Shown: positions 30,188 through 42,928, counted from the first letter of the stretch. The stretch is DNA of 64,000 nt from Monocercomonoides exilis PA203 (GCA_001643675.2 LSRY02000025.1:124001-188000); one strand, 5' to 3'. Notes: generated by a model from the sequence alone, not told the origin. Program-made: numbers and translations.

Positions 30188-33100
30188 TAGATACAATGAG
30201 AATAGAAAGGTTTTATTCGAATAATAATAACTTATTCAAATAAACAAAATTTATTCGGAATTAATTATTTTTATTGGAATAAAAAAAATTAATTGGAATA
30301 AACTCTGGCTTTTCGGAATAACTTTTTTCATCGAAAATTTATTGTGGTTTTCAAAAATAATTCACTAAAATCACATTCTTAAAAAGCATTTACATGTTAA
30401 TTAATTCCACTTATATTTTGGAAAAAACTATTTAATTAGCAAGATTTTGTTTAAATGCATTACGATTAGAAATTTTTGAAATGTTATTAAAAATGAATGA
30501 TGACATAAAATATTCTTCAATTTGCAACTAATAAAAGCAATCAAAAATAGACTTACAGTAAGCAATAAATTATAATTTATCATTTCGCAATGTTTGTTAA
30601 TTCTTTTTTGTTTCTTTTTTCTATCTTCTCTTCACATTTATGATCAATCAGGAAAAAAGACCAAAAACAATATCTAATCGCAAAAGGTTAAATATTTCGA
30701 TGAAATCATTCAAGATACTTGATTATGTTTGTTGTTCACCCCTCCACTAAAAACTCTATCAGTTTCAGATAATGATGTTTTTGTTGTTTTTGAGTTATTA
30801 CATTTGCACAAAGGGAATAAATTCTCCTGATCATCTGTTATCTGCAGTTTCCAAAATTTTTGCAGATTCTTAGAACTTCTATTGGCTGTTGCATTTCGAG
30901 AATCATAGAACCCAATGAACGAATGGTTGGAAAAGGAAAATGAAGGCACGGACGATAAAGAAGAAGAGCTAGGGTTGAATGTGCGGAGGGACTTCTGTGT
31001 GAGTGATGAGAAGTCTGTGGCTGGAGATGAAGGCGTGAGGGGCTTCGGCGGAGTGTCAACAAGAACAGAAGGGGCAGACAATTGTGTGTGTGGCAAGGGA
31101 GAAAAAGGAGGAGAAGCAAATGTTGAGGAGGCTGTGATGTTTTGAGTGTGCAGCCGGGCAGATGAGAGGTGCTGTCAAACGAGTGAAATGTCTGCTGCTG
31201 TTCATCATTTTCATCGCCTCCTTCTTCTCTTCCATTCTGTTACTGCCTGTGCAAGCCTTGTGTCGAAAGCATCAATTTGCAATGTGCAAAACTCGTCTTT
31301 CTCCTTCTTCTTCATCTTCGCCTTTGGCTCTTCAAACTGTTTCACTTTCCTCTGCACAGCATTCATCTTGCAACTGTACTCTGCTTTCTTTGCCTCATCT
31401 TCCTGAATACGCGCTCCTCTCTCTTCACTTCTCGGAGTGAAACAAAGCTTGTGGATGAACGCAATGAGCATAACAGCTCCTTCCATCTTCCATTGCCATT
31501 TCTCGTGATACGCACATTCACCTCTTTCACTCCGCTCAGCACAGCCGGAGCGCTGAAGCTGTACGAAGATCTGAAGCAGAGCGAAATGCACCACTGCAGA
31601 AGAGGAAAGCAGTTCTGATGCATTTTTTACAAAACAATTAAAGGCATTGATAACAATTATGTTGATGTTGAGAGAATAAAAAGTAAATGAAATAATATTT
31701 AGTTCAGTTTGTCTGTGCTTCCGATTGAACAGCTTTAATGAATCAGAAGGTCGATATTCCGATCCAATGCAAAGAAAGTGATAATGGCATCGAAAAAGTT
31801 GGAGAAGAAGTTGATGAAGAAGACAATTACGTAGTTGAAGATGGGGTAGTTGGTGGAAAAGGGCAAATCGCAGAAGAAGAAGAATACGAAGATGAAGAAG
31901 CAGCAGAAGAAAAAGAAGAAGGAGAAAAAGAGGAAGAGGTTGAAGAAGGAGAAGGAGAAGGAGAAGAATAAGGCGAGGAGGTGGGGGAGGAACAGTGCGA
32001 TTTCGATAACAACAGAGAAATCTGTGGGGACTGAGTAAAGCCAGATTTTCCATCTTTGGCCGCTGAAAGCAGTGTCTGTATTGCCCTGTCTACGAAATCT
32101 GAGTGAGGCTGAGCAGATGGCAGAGGATAAGAGAATGCTACACAAATGAGAAAAATGGTAGATTGGAGATGAGCAAAAAAGCTGAGCTCGATTGCGGATT
32201 GTTTCCTGCTGTTTCCAGAGTGATACCGCAAACATATTTTACAATGGACTTCTGATAGAGTTGTGATCGATCCCCACATGTCCCACCTATAGTTGGCCAG
32301 AAGATATGCTAAGCAGCATTGTATAAGACAAAGAAAGAGAATTTGTCCCAATCACACTCACTGCTTTCCCTCTTCCAACAACAGAAATCTTCTTTTCCCC
32401 AACACTGATTGTTGAATTTTCGCTCACATGTCTCCCACTCAGCACTGTGATTTCCGTAGTCAGTTGTGAAATGCTTCCCCATGCAGCATATCCCACCGTT
32501 TTGTATGGAGCTTCCTTACTCATCCCGCATATGCAGCTCGAGCCATCTCCATTCTCCCCAACAAATCGATCCTTCGTTCATTCCTTCAACCACTATTTTT
32601 TTTCAGTATGTTGAGCGTGCCAGCCACCCGAAAATAATGCATAGCACACTCTCATCTCATTGTTGTTTGTTGAATAGGATTCATTGAATGGATTACTGGA
32701 TGAAAAGAAATTATTTGCATCAGAATAGTACATGTCATGACCAAAAGGAGTAGATTCAGTGCACATGCAATCGTGAAAGAAGAAGAAATAGAAATAAGTG
32801 TTAATGCTTGGAGCTGTTTGTTGATTCGGATTAAAATACTATCCTCCTCCATATGATAATGCGCTGTACGAAATAAATTGAAGGTTCCTCATTTTGAATG
32901 CAGCTGGAACAGTAATACGGCATATCCCTCCACCATTTAAACCTGTAAGTGAGCATGAAGTGAAACTGCAGACAAAGACACATTCACTCTCCCCTTTGCC
33001 ATTTTCCGCTCCTATTCAGATTTAAAAATCTGAAATCTCTTTCGAGGAAAAGCTTTTTCATTATCTCCTTTGTACGTTTGATTTTTTCTCAAATCTGTAA

Positions 33101-33577
33101 ATATGTTCTTCGAATAATTAACTGATTTCTTTTCATTTCCTCTTTTATTACCTCTTTTTCCTTCATTGAGTAATATTCAGCCAATTTTGCATGTTAACGT
33201 ACCGCATTCATAATTTCGAAAACATAGCATTTGAAATTCGTTATGAATCTGTGATTTCATCGATATTTAATTCTTTCGTTCAGAAAGTCAGATTAACATT
33301 TTTTAATTTATGACCACAACTGCTAGATTTGAATTTTAAGAATTGAATTTCAATAAATATTTATTCTTTATTTCTCTTTCAGTGTTCAAAATTTTCAGTC
33401 CTTTCAAATTGACTAAAAGGATCAGATAAATATTTTTGAGGGATTAATTGGAATAAACTTGGTCTTTCTGGAACACATTTTTTTAATTCGAATAAACTGG
33501 TGTAATCTGGAATAAACTTTGGTTATTCGAATTATAATATTTATTTCAATAAAATTTTCTTATTCCAATACCATCTA
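30188..33577. mobile_element. Possible non-autonomous TIR element with subterminal TTATT(C/G)GAATAA-like repeat arrays enclosing gene fragments
   Basis: Arrays of ~20-bp-spaced near-palindromic repeats at 30214-30325 and 33444-33570. Ends TAGAT... and ...ATCTA are loosely inverted. No TSD found. Confidence 0.4.
30710..33020. pseudogene. Degraded fragments of the beta-helix surface-protein family and other multicopy genes
   Basis: 32287..32523 SKEAPYKTVGYA...ITVLSGRHVSENSTISVGEKKISVVG resembles the module cap of 16094..24661. 30915..31145 (+) is a second fragment in the opposite orientation. Many stops. Confidence 0.6.
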
Positions 33578-34051
33578 ATGATCTTTGAACTTTCTAAATA
33601 TTTTTTGTTTTTTGTTTGAAATGCATTTATAGTGAAGGAGATGTTTTGAAAAATAATTAAAATTGTCATTTCGTTAAAATCATTTCTAAACATTTTATCT
33701 TGAGATTATATTCAAACTTGAAAGGTGTGTTAAGTTGGTAGAAATTATGTTTTGAAAAAATAATTGATTGGAACACTCATTCTTTATTTTCAAATTTAAT
33801 TTTGAATTTGGTGAAACGAAAATCCATGTTTTAAACAAATTTAACGTAAAAACAAAAGAAGATAGAAATTGTTTGACTTTAACAAAAAATGAAAATTGTA
33901 TAATCTTTCAAAGCAATTTGAAAAATAATAATTCCTTAATCAACAATTGAACAAGTAAAATCACTCAAGTTAAACAGAAATAGCATTTTAAAGAATTCAC
34001 ATAAAACATTAAAGGCTTTTAATAGTTTGTTTAGCAAAGCGAAGATCACAG

Positions 34052-36052
34052 CTATAAATCAACCGGGAGCAAAAACATAACAAGAAATAGAAGAGAAATA
34101 ATACATGTTACAATTGAAATGGGGCATTTGGGGCGAAGATTTAATTGATTTGTTGTTGATGCGGATGAAGAGGAAGAAGAAGAAGTGTGATGACATGCTT
34201 CTGGATGGATGTTAGAAGTTGAAGATGGAGAAAGCGTTAACATTTGATGTGATTTCCTTTTCTCAACATTTGCGAATTGAGAATTGTTATCATCCATAGT
34301 TTCAACATAAACCTCGTTTCTATTATCTTCTCTGTTGCCTCTCTCACTTTCATAAGAATCTGAAAAAGACTTCCCTTCTTCACTTATTCTTGAATCATAA
34401 TTATCGCCTTGTTCTGTCATTGTATCTTCTTTATTGTCACTTTTAGGTTGTTCGCTTTGTCTGTTCTTGTCAAATTTCTTCCTGTTAAATCCCCATTTAA
34501 TTATATCCGCAATCCATATTGTTCCGCTGATGAATGTGTGCGAAAGCATTCCCAGTCCAATTCCGTTTGTGATAGAGAATGTCAAAGGCATCATTATAAT
34601 TGTCAAGAAAATTGGCACAGCAAGCTTCGTGTCTTCCATCGGAATATATTTCGCTGTGGAGAACATCTTCACTCCCACAAACACAAGTGCCGGTGACGAT
34701 GCTGCGCTGGGGATGATCGAAAAGATGGGAGAGATGAAGACAGACAGCACAAACAGCAGCGCTGCTATTGCAGAAGACAGTCCTGTTCTAGCGCCAGCTG
34801 TGATCCCTGCAGCGCTCTCAACAAACGTGGAAACAGAAGAAGAGCCCAAAATGCCCCCCACAAACGTTGCCAGTGCGTCTGCCCACATGCACCGCCCGAA
34901 GTTGATCACTTTCCCTGTTTCATCCAACAGCCCTGCCGACACAGCACATCCGTGTAGAGTGCCCATCGTGTCGAACAGATTTACCAGAAAAAAGGTGATG
35001 ATGGTGACAACTGAAGTGATGATGTGTTTTCCTGTAAAGCAGTCCTTGAACCCCAACGCAAACATCCCAAAAGTACCTCCTTTTTCTTGATTAAATGAGA
35101 AAAACCCAGAAAATGCCTTGAAGACGTTCCATCCTTGTTTAATGCTGTTTAGATGGGTAACTCCACACGGTATTCCAATAAGCGTACATGTGATCATTCC
35201 AATGAGAACTCCTCCAGGCACTGAAAAATGGTCGAGCAAGCCAATGAGCAGAAATCCAAAGAAACATATGAAAGAGCTGGAGATTCTTTCCTGGAGCTGG
35301 GGATCCTTCGTCGTAAATATTTTCCTAAATTCCTGGAGGCCGATCAGAGAATTTTCACTTTTAACTATTAAAAAAGAGTTCTTAAGCCCCACAAAAGCAA
35401 TAAACATCCCTATTCCAACGGGTACAGCAGCACGAATACCTTGAGGAACAGCATTAAAAATATGTTCTCTCCATCCAATTATTGTGATAAGAAGAAATAT
35501 AACCCCAGACAATACAACTAAAGTCATTCCAGCAGCATATGAATATGGCAATCCAGTACCTCCAGATAAAAGTAATCCAACCTGAAAAGCTAATCCTAAG
35601 CCCGGAGCCTGTATGAAAGGCATATTTGCAAATAGACTCATTACAGATGTTCCAACAAATGCCCCAATGCATGATGCAATAAATACTGAATACCAGGTCG
35701 GCCCAAGTACGTCTGGCTTTCCCATAGGATAAAGCACAGAAGTTGGAGCAACTGCCAAGATGTATGAAACAGCTAAAAATGAAGTAAAGCCTCCAATAAT
35801 CTCCTTTGTCAACGTTCCCCCTCGTTCAGATAACTTAAAAAAACTGTCTATTTTCGAAAAATATTTAGATTTGCTGTGAAAAATCTTTCCTGGTGAAGAA
35901 AGAGTGTCTTTCTCAATTGTTGATTTCAAAGGTTGAGATTCGTCTGACGAGGTAGAAAACGTTTGTTCATGTTGCTGAAAACTATTTATTGATGTTTCAC
36001 TGTCGGATAAAACATCAGATGTTAAATTGAGACTGGTTTTCCGAGATTCCAT
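34052..36052 (-). CDS. AzgA-like (NCS2) purine nucleobase permease
   Basis: FFKLSERGGTLTKEIIGGFTSFLAVSYILAV, PFIQAPGLGL, LFDTMGTL, SSVSTFVESAAGITAGARTGL, MMPLTFSITNGIGLG. Multiple TM helices, intronless. Confidence 0.93.
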   Translation of the reverse strand: MESRKTSLNLTSDVLSDSETSINSFQQHEQTFSTSSDESQPLKSTIEKDTLSSPGKIFHSKSKYFSKIDSFFKLSERGGTLTKEIIGGFTSFLAVSYILAVAPTSVLYPMGKPDVLGPTWYSVFIASCIGAFVGTSVMSLFANMPFIQAPGLGLAFQVGLLLSGGTGLPYSYAAGMTLVVLSGVIFLLITIIGWREHIFNAVPQGIRAAVPVGIGMFIAFVGLKNSFLIVKSENSLIGLQEFRKIFTTKDPQLQERISSSFICFFGFLLIGLLDHFSVPGGVLIGMITCTLIGIPCGVTHLNSIKQGWNVFKAFSGFFSFNQEKGGTFGMFALGFKDCFTGKHIITSVVTIITFFLVNLFDTMGTLHGCAVSAGLLDETGKVINFGRCMWADALATFVGGILGSSSVSTFVESAAGITAGARTGLSSAIAALLFVLSVFISPIFSIIPSAASSPALVFVGVKMFSTAKYIPMEDTKLAVPIFLTIIMMPLTFSITNGIGLGMLSHTFISGTIWIADIIKWGFNRKKFDKNRQSEQPKSDNKEDTMTEQGDNYDSRISEEGKSFSDSYESERGNREDNRNEVYVETMDDNNSQFANVEKRKSHQMLTLSPSSTSNIHPEACHHTSSSSSSSASTTNQLNLRPKCPISIVTCIISLLFLVMFLLPVDL

Positions 36053-36365
36053 ATTTTTCAGATCAAATTTTTTCTATGTTCAACAATAAAAAATTGTGGA
36101 ATTCAAGAGAAGAATAGTTGAGCAAATTCTCGAAAAAAGAATTTAAATCTCTTTCAAATGAAAAAATATTACCTTCATTTTTTGATTTATAGCATGATAA
36201 TCAAAATCCTTCACGTGAAGCAATTTTTTGAGTCTCAAAATTATTTTTGGTTTTCTTACAGTGTTTCAAGAATCATGCTTTAAATACAATTTTCAAACTG
36301 TTTGTGTTTTTCATTTATGTTTTGTTGATATATTTATTTATTTATTTAATTTTTCCTGATGAAGA

Positions 36366-36663
36366 TACAGATGTCGCATAAAATACCGGACATCGCACAA
36401 AATACCGGACAAGATCGATATCTCAATGACAGCAAGAGGAACAATTCTTATAATTTTCCTCAATATACATCTCATTAATACAAACTCATTTGATATACAA
36501 ATCTTTCAAAATAGCTCCATTTGTGTTCACAGAAAATTATTTAAAAAATCTCGGAGGAACTCAAAATCCTATTTCTCCGAGAATTAAATAATAATTTTCT
36601 GTGAGCACAAATGAAGCTGTTTTGAAAGTTTTGAATATTAAATGAGCTAGTATTATTCAGATG
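36366..36663. repeat. Tc1/mariner-like end (TA-CAG, two 19-bp direct repeats) followed by a ~195-bp palindrome
   Basis: TCGCA(T/C)AAAATACCGGACA at 36374-36392 and 36393-36411. Imperfect inverted arms 36468-36556 / 36575-36663. No partner end found. Confidence 0.6.
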
Positions 36664-36944
36664 AATTTTGAGAAATCTTTTCTGATTTTCTCTTTTTTTT
36701 GGATTTTATTTGAAATTCAATAAAATTTTGGAAGGTTCATTTATAAATGGTGATGGCTATATCTTCCATAGGCGATTTTCTTTAAATTTGTATATTTCAA
36801 TAAAATTTTTTCGTTTGAGAAATTTCTTTGAATTATGATAAATATAACATTTAAGTTTCAATTCGATTCAAAGATAAAAATTTGATGAGGATAAATTTAC
36901 TCATTGTTTTCAAAAACAATTATAATTCATTTTTCATTTTAATG

Positions 36945-39900
36945 TAGTCCATTGCGACGCGACTTAAAAAAATTCATCAAGTCTGTCAGTTAAAAATATT
37001 GTCGAACAACAGGTTCGATTCCTGAGAAGAACACTTTTTTATTCAATTCAATTTTTTTTCAAACAAAAGTTTTGAACAGATTTATTTCGATGAACTTTCT
37101 TAAAATACTCAATGAAACAATTTAAATGTGAATTATAATGGCATCGATCATTTAAAATATGATCGATTGTATCAGACATCGACACGCGTTTTGAACTATA
37201 TGTTATCGTATGGCAAAGTTCAGAACCTTTCTTGAAATCAATTGGTGAATATTTTCCAATCCTTTTCTGCATTTTGGATGTTTCTGCATTTGAGTTAACA
37301 TAATTGGATATTTTTCGTCTGAACAATGAAGTGTTTAATAGTTTGTGTTTTTATTATGTTGAAATTGTATAGAAGATTCGTTATTCAATCGGTATTTTTC
37401 ATTTTTCATTCAATGTGATATCAATTTGTGTAACTTTATGAAGATTATAATATTATTTCGCCAGATGTTATTAGATGGATATTGCGCTAATTGTTGAAAC
37501 ACATTAGAACATTTAAGAAAAATTGCCTTATTTGCATCAAGCCATTCTTTGTGTATTTGAAAACTGTCTTTAATTTGAACAAAAAAATTGATGGAAGCTT
37601 TTTAAGAAGTGTTGAATTGCCAGATAACAGTGATTGTCAAATATTTTCTAGTATTTTCATTTGTGATTGATTTTTTTTTTTCAAACAATTCAATTGTTTA
37701 TTTATTGCTTTTATAGAAAAGCTGAAAAGTATTTTTTTTCTGAAATGATAATCTATTCATAATAATAAAGAAAGACTATAAAGCTCATCAAGATCCTTTT
37801 AATGATTTTTCTCTTCTTTAGTGAAAATTCTGAAATGCCAAACATTTAATAACATTTTATCATTTTCGTCGAAAAGGATAATTCATTTTCATCAAAACAA
37901 ATTATGACATTTAAAAATATAGTTGATTGAAAGTCATTCAAATATATGCGTTTCTTTTATCACTTCACATATCACAAAGAATCAAAAACAAGTATTTTAT
38001 TAACTATTTGTTTATTGGCGATATGAACTCATTGTTTCAAAGGAAAAAAATATTTATCAGATAAGAATGCAAAAATTGAAAAAAAAATAAACGAACTTTA
38101 ATGATCAAACAAGGAGTAGTGTATTCAATGTTTCTTCACTTAAAGAATGACGCCGATCTCCAACAATTCTTCTCATTTTTGAAAAAACCCTCTCACAAGG
38201 CGCTTCGCTGCAAGGACTGGCAATTAAAGACATGCAAATGTTTGCGTAAATGGTGTGAATTTTGCTTTGTGAACCAATGATTGAGTAATAAGTGAAAGGA
38301 TTAACCAAAATAGTTTCCTTTTCAGTTGGATATAGTGACTCATAAAATATCTTCTTGTATTCATCAATATGAATTCTCTTTGCTTTGGAAAATATATTCT
38401 CTATGAAAGAATTGAACGAAGATATTATTCTCATACTCCAATTAGATGTTATTGCAGATTCAATATTCGAAGATATTTCCTTAAGGTCATCTTCAGTTGT
38501 CATTTTGTTGCGAGTAACTTGTTCATTTGATCCAATTTCGTAAACATCCAACTCTATTTCCTCATTTGAACTTGATGTGGGTTCTTCGATATCTTCAATA
38601 TCCATTCTGGATGAACAATTTTCTTCATTTTCTGTATGCATATCTGAACTTGTCTTATCAGTGTATCTTGTGGAGTGACACATTAAATTCTCACTTGAAG
38701 TTGGAAAACATTTAAATTCGTCATTTTCTGCTTCCAATTCTGCATCGGTCAATCCAAGCAAATCTTCGAAATCTTCACAAATTGAAAAATCATTCGCTTC
38801 ATCTTTGTTTGAAATATCTTTTGATGCTAATTCAAATATTCGCAATAATTTATCCAATAGCTCATCATTTTTGTTTGTGATTGAAACTGAGCCTTCTGAA
38901 AAATGACTGGAAGTTCCTTCCGTTATGGTGGTTGCAAAGCCGAGTCCTTTTTTGTGTGATAAATGGATTCCTTCTGAGAAACTTATTGCTGAGTGAAAAG
39001 ACGTGATTGACAATGGGGTTTCAATGCCTTTGGGATCGGAAACAAATGAATTAAACAATGAAGTTGATGTTTGATTTTCATCAATTGAAGTTGGATCAGA
39101 GAAATGCGCTTGTGGAAATTGCGATTCTTTACATGCAGATGAATTGTCGGTTGATGAAGATGCTTGTTCCTCTTCATTATATTTCAAAGGATCAAAAACT
39201 GTTGATGTTGTAAATAAATTGGAATATCTAAAAAATTGAGAACTGTCTTTGGACACATCATCTGAAGGTTCAGTGGTTGTTTGATTCGACTTTGAACTTG
39301 AGACAATTTGATTTTGCTCTGCCTCAATATTGAATTTGAACAAAGCTATTTCTAAATTAAATATCGATGCAAATTCACCTTTTCTGAAATTGTTCAAACC
39401 ATTCGGAGTTAACACATACGCTAATGCTATCATGTCGCCTCTAGGTCCTGACAAAAACGAATTGAATAATTCAATCAAAAATTCACAAACACAAATAGAC
39501 CATTGAAGTTCTTTAAAACTTGGTTGATTGAGAATGACAAAATACCTTCCCAAAGCTTTCAGTAGTTCTGGAAATGCTCCTCCAAGTTTTGAAGTTTCAT
39601 TCTCAAAAAGAAATGCAATTGCTGCAATGGAAGAAGCAAAATTTCTGTTCTAATAATATCTGAGACTGTGTTTGAATCAAGAAGTTCAGCTTGTAATATC
39701 ATCTTTTTGTTGACTCTGATGAAACGACAAATTTGATATAAACAAAGCCATCTTGTTGCAACGTACGTCGGACATTTTGTTTTCAAAATCGAATAAATTC
39801 TGGGATTGTGAGCGCTTTTTGAAAACTCAACAATTGTTTCCTTCAATGTTTTCAGTGTTTGATTGTTGGAAAAAATTCGCACAATAATCAAATTAGTTAA

Positions 39901-41355
39901 ATGATTCATGCAGTATATAAAAAAAGGACCAAATGCGAATAAATGTTGAGGATCTTCATCTGAAAAAAGTCTGTTTCTTATTTGTTGCAAGGCTTTTCTT
40001 TGCGGAAGAAGTCCATCACTGCAAAAGCAGTGCACCTCCGATTTGCATATTGTTATTTCGCGGATTACATTCAAGGCCAAGTTTTCATAATCTTTTGATG
40101 AGTAACAAGCGGGATATAATTTCCAAAAAATTGGTTTCCCAGAAATTGTCAGTGGGACAACAGAAACAGCTGTATATTTCTTTCCGGATATTGCTCCTCC
40201 GTCAATCATGACCCCAACTGGTACATTTTCAATGTGTGAATATCTCTCTGATTCTATTCTTTTCCTTTCTATTGAAAGCATGTTAGACACTTTTCTTTCA
40301 GTAATCAGTGGAAATATTGTTCTTGCAGGAAGTGTGGGATTTTGCTGAGCAATTTGAATTAATAACTGCAAAAAGTTATTCAATTCTGATGAAGATGCTG
40401 AACGAAATGATACGTTGCAATGACCAACAAACTGTACAAATGAAGTTGACAAATCTGAAAATTGAATAAACTTTTCTGATGATTGAATTTGTGTTGATGA
40501 TAGTTTGCCTTTATCAGTATTCTTTTTCTGCATTAAGTGATCCAAACTTTGATTCGAAGTGATCGTGCATTTGTGTGAATCCAAAGAAACATATCCCCTT
40601 CTTCCAGAAAATCCACAATTGAATCCTTTCCGACTGTTTGGACAAAGAAGATATCTGTGACCATCTTTTTTGATACTTCCATCTTGCTGAATAGGAATAA
40701 AAGATATCCACAAATTATCTTTATATATTTCTAATGATATTTTTGTTATGAACTTTCCATATTCTTTCGGGTGCCTGTAAACTATTGGTGGAAAATAAAA
40801 ATTCAAAAACAGAAAAACATTAAAACCATTTCCTTTCTCAGTTGTTTTGACATATTCCAAAGCAACGAATCCACAACCAATCTTTTGTAATTCGTAACAT
40901 TTTTTGTAAAATGCTTTTTTCTTTAAATATAAAGAATATTTTTGTATAATAATTAAATGCTATATAAACTACATACAATTAAAAGATCGTTCAGGGATAA
41001 TTGAAGTTCAGGTGGTAAACTGTTTAATAGCTCAGGATCCATTTAAATAATAAATTTCTTGATGCCCAGACTCTCCACTGGAAAAGATTGTCATCAAATT
41101 TCCATGACTGACTGATCTTGTCAACAAACCATAACTTTGATAATAATCATTAAAATTTTGACAACATCGAAAAAGCAAATAAAAAAATGCAGATCCAATC
41201 ATATAAATATAAACATTTTATATTCTTTATTTATTAATTTATTTTCCATATTTTTTTGCTTTTTCATAAAATGAAATTTGAGTGACAAAAGTGTTTTATA
41301 AAGTCGGTCATTTTAACTTTTTGTTTCAAAAAATGTCACAAGTCGCAGAGGATTA
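36945..41355 (-). mobile_element. hAT DNA transposon, 4411 bp, with 8-bp TSD
   Basis: Exact TSD TTTTAATG at 36937-36944 and 41356-41363. Imperfect TIRs TAGTCCATTGCGAC / TAATCCTCTGCGAC (11/14). Contains a hAT transposase. Confidence 0.93.
38105..41042 (-). pseudogene. hAT transposase with 5' intron(s) and a single frameshift
   Basis: Catalytic and structural motifs VMIDGG, FCSDG, CMNH (CxxH), ATRW and C-terminal SPCSEAPCERVFSKMRRIVGDRRHSL. Exon 1 41042-40977 (MDPELLNSLPPELQLSLNDLLI) splices in frame across GT..AG intron 40976-40921. The frameshift at the T5 run 39605-39609 joins ORFs 39559..40860 and 38105..39553. Confidence 0.88.
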
Positions 41356-41960
41356 TTTTAATGAAAAAAAATCCTGAGAAATAAAATCTTTGATCATCAA
41401 CACTTAGAAAATAGTTATTATTCATAAATTTATAACTCAGATAAAACTATCTCCATCAATAATAACGATATTCAAATACTCAATCACATGAGAAAAGAAA
41501 ATATATGAAAACAATTTGGATTATCTTAGTTGATAATACAAAATAAACTAGAAATGAAATAAACATTTCTGATTTTTGAAAAAGAATTATTAACAAAAAA
41601 ATGAGAAAATTTTTACCGTTGTGATGAAAGTTTCAGAGAAAAAAATTTTTATGATGAATAGTTTGCAAATAAATATCAATTTTTGAACAGAAAATAAATA
41701 ACACAAAACTTTGATATATATGAAAATAATTCAAATATCCCAAATACATGAAGCAATAATTAAAAATATAAAATTTTTATAAAAAAGTTCAAAGAAAAAT
41801 TTCAAAATAAAAATACATCATCAAAATACTCACAAACACATATCAAAAATTATCAAATATTAAAAAAATTATTTTAAAAATACTTGAAAATTTTTTTAAT
41901 TTTGAACTTCTTATCACCCATAATTATAGAATATTTGGAGAATTATTTATCCAAAAATTT

Positions 41961-42034
41961 CGCCTACCAAGGGACTCGAACCCTTGACCGTTCGGTTAAA
42001 AGCCGAACGCTCTACCAAACTGAGCTAGGTGGGC
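41961..42034 (-). tRNA. tRNA-Lys (anticodon TTT)
   Basis: Revcomp GCCCACCTAGCTCAGTTTGGTAGAGCGTTCGGCTTTTAACCGAACGGTCAAGGGTTCGAGTCCCTTGGTAGGCG folds as a cloverleaf with A and B boxes and a downstream T5 terminator. One C:A mismatch in the acceptor stem. Confidence 0.95.
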
Positions 42035-42925
42035 TTCTTGTAAAGGTGAATTTTTTATATTCATAATATATATAGTTATTAAATACAGTGAGAGAAGTTG
42101 TTTAGCTAATTATTAGTATCAAGGTTTACAGATTGCATTCAACAATTTAACATAGAGAGAATTGCTTCTATTACATTGATAGATTTTTATTCAACAACGG
42201 ATTCATTTCCAAAATAATAAAAAAATGTTATATTGTGAATTTTTCACAACCTGTTTGCATTATTATTGGGGTTTTGTTTTGAATTTAGCATCTGCTAATA
42301 GAACAAAAAAAACAAATGATAAAAATGACTTACTTAAATTTTTTCTCAAATGAATTGTCAACAGTTTCAAAAATTACATCAAACAAATAAAAATCAATTA
42401 AAAACTATCAGAAAACTAGTTTGAAAAGTTTTAACAGGAAAGAGAATGTCAAAGTCAATAACAGATCCTAATCAATTCAAAAATAAAAGAAAAACTGAAG
42501 CATTTTTATTTTCATTTTCTGAAAATTTGGGAATATTTTAACACAAAGAGCATAATTAACTATGAATATTACTCTTGCGGCATCAGCATTCCGTTGATGG
42601 GCATCTTATATAAAAAATATATTGAAATGAAATCCGAGTTTAACACACTCCGTGGAAGAATAAAACTCAAATGTTAGCAAACAAATAAAAACCAATACAC
42701 AAGCACAAGGCCCGGGAGATGGTTCATCTCCTCTTTGCCACAGTATGATGTAATAATAACAGATAGATAGTTCTTTTTTCTTTCTTTTCTCTCTCTCTCT
42801 CTCTTTCTTTCTTTCTCTTTCTCTCTTCATTTCCATAGCTTTTCTCATAATACTCATTAATTTATTTCTCAACTTTGCTAAAATAAATAAAATAAAATAA
42901 AAAACTCCACATTTCCTTCCCAACG

Positions 42926-42928
<3 letters not shown>

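Noticed and set aside
30214-30325. CRISPR-like regularly spaced repeats (also 33444-33570 and 36374-36411)
   Set aside because: Units are degenerate, spacers are under 15 bp or absent, there are no cas genes and the context is eukaryotic.
42708-42745. H/ACA snoRNA hairpin ending in ACA
   Set aside because: Pocket-to-ACA distance is ~8 nt instead of the usual 14-16, and there is no H-box partner hairpin in register.
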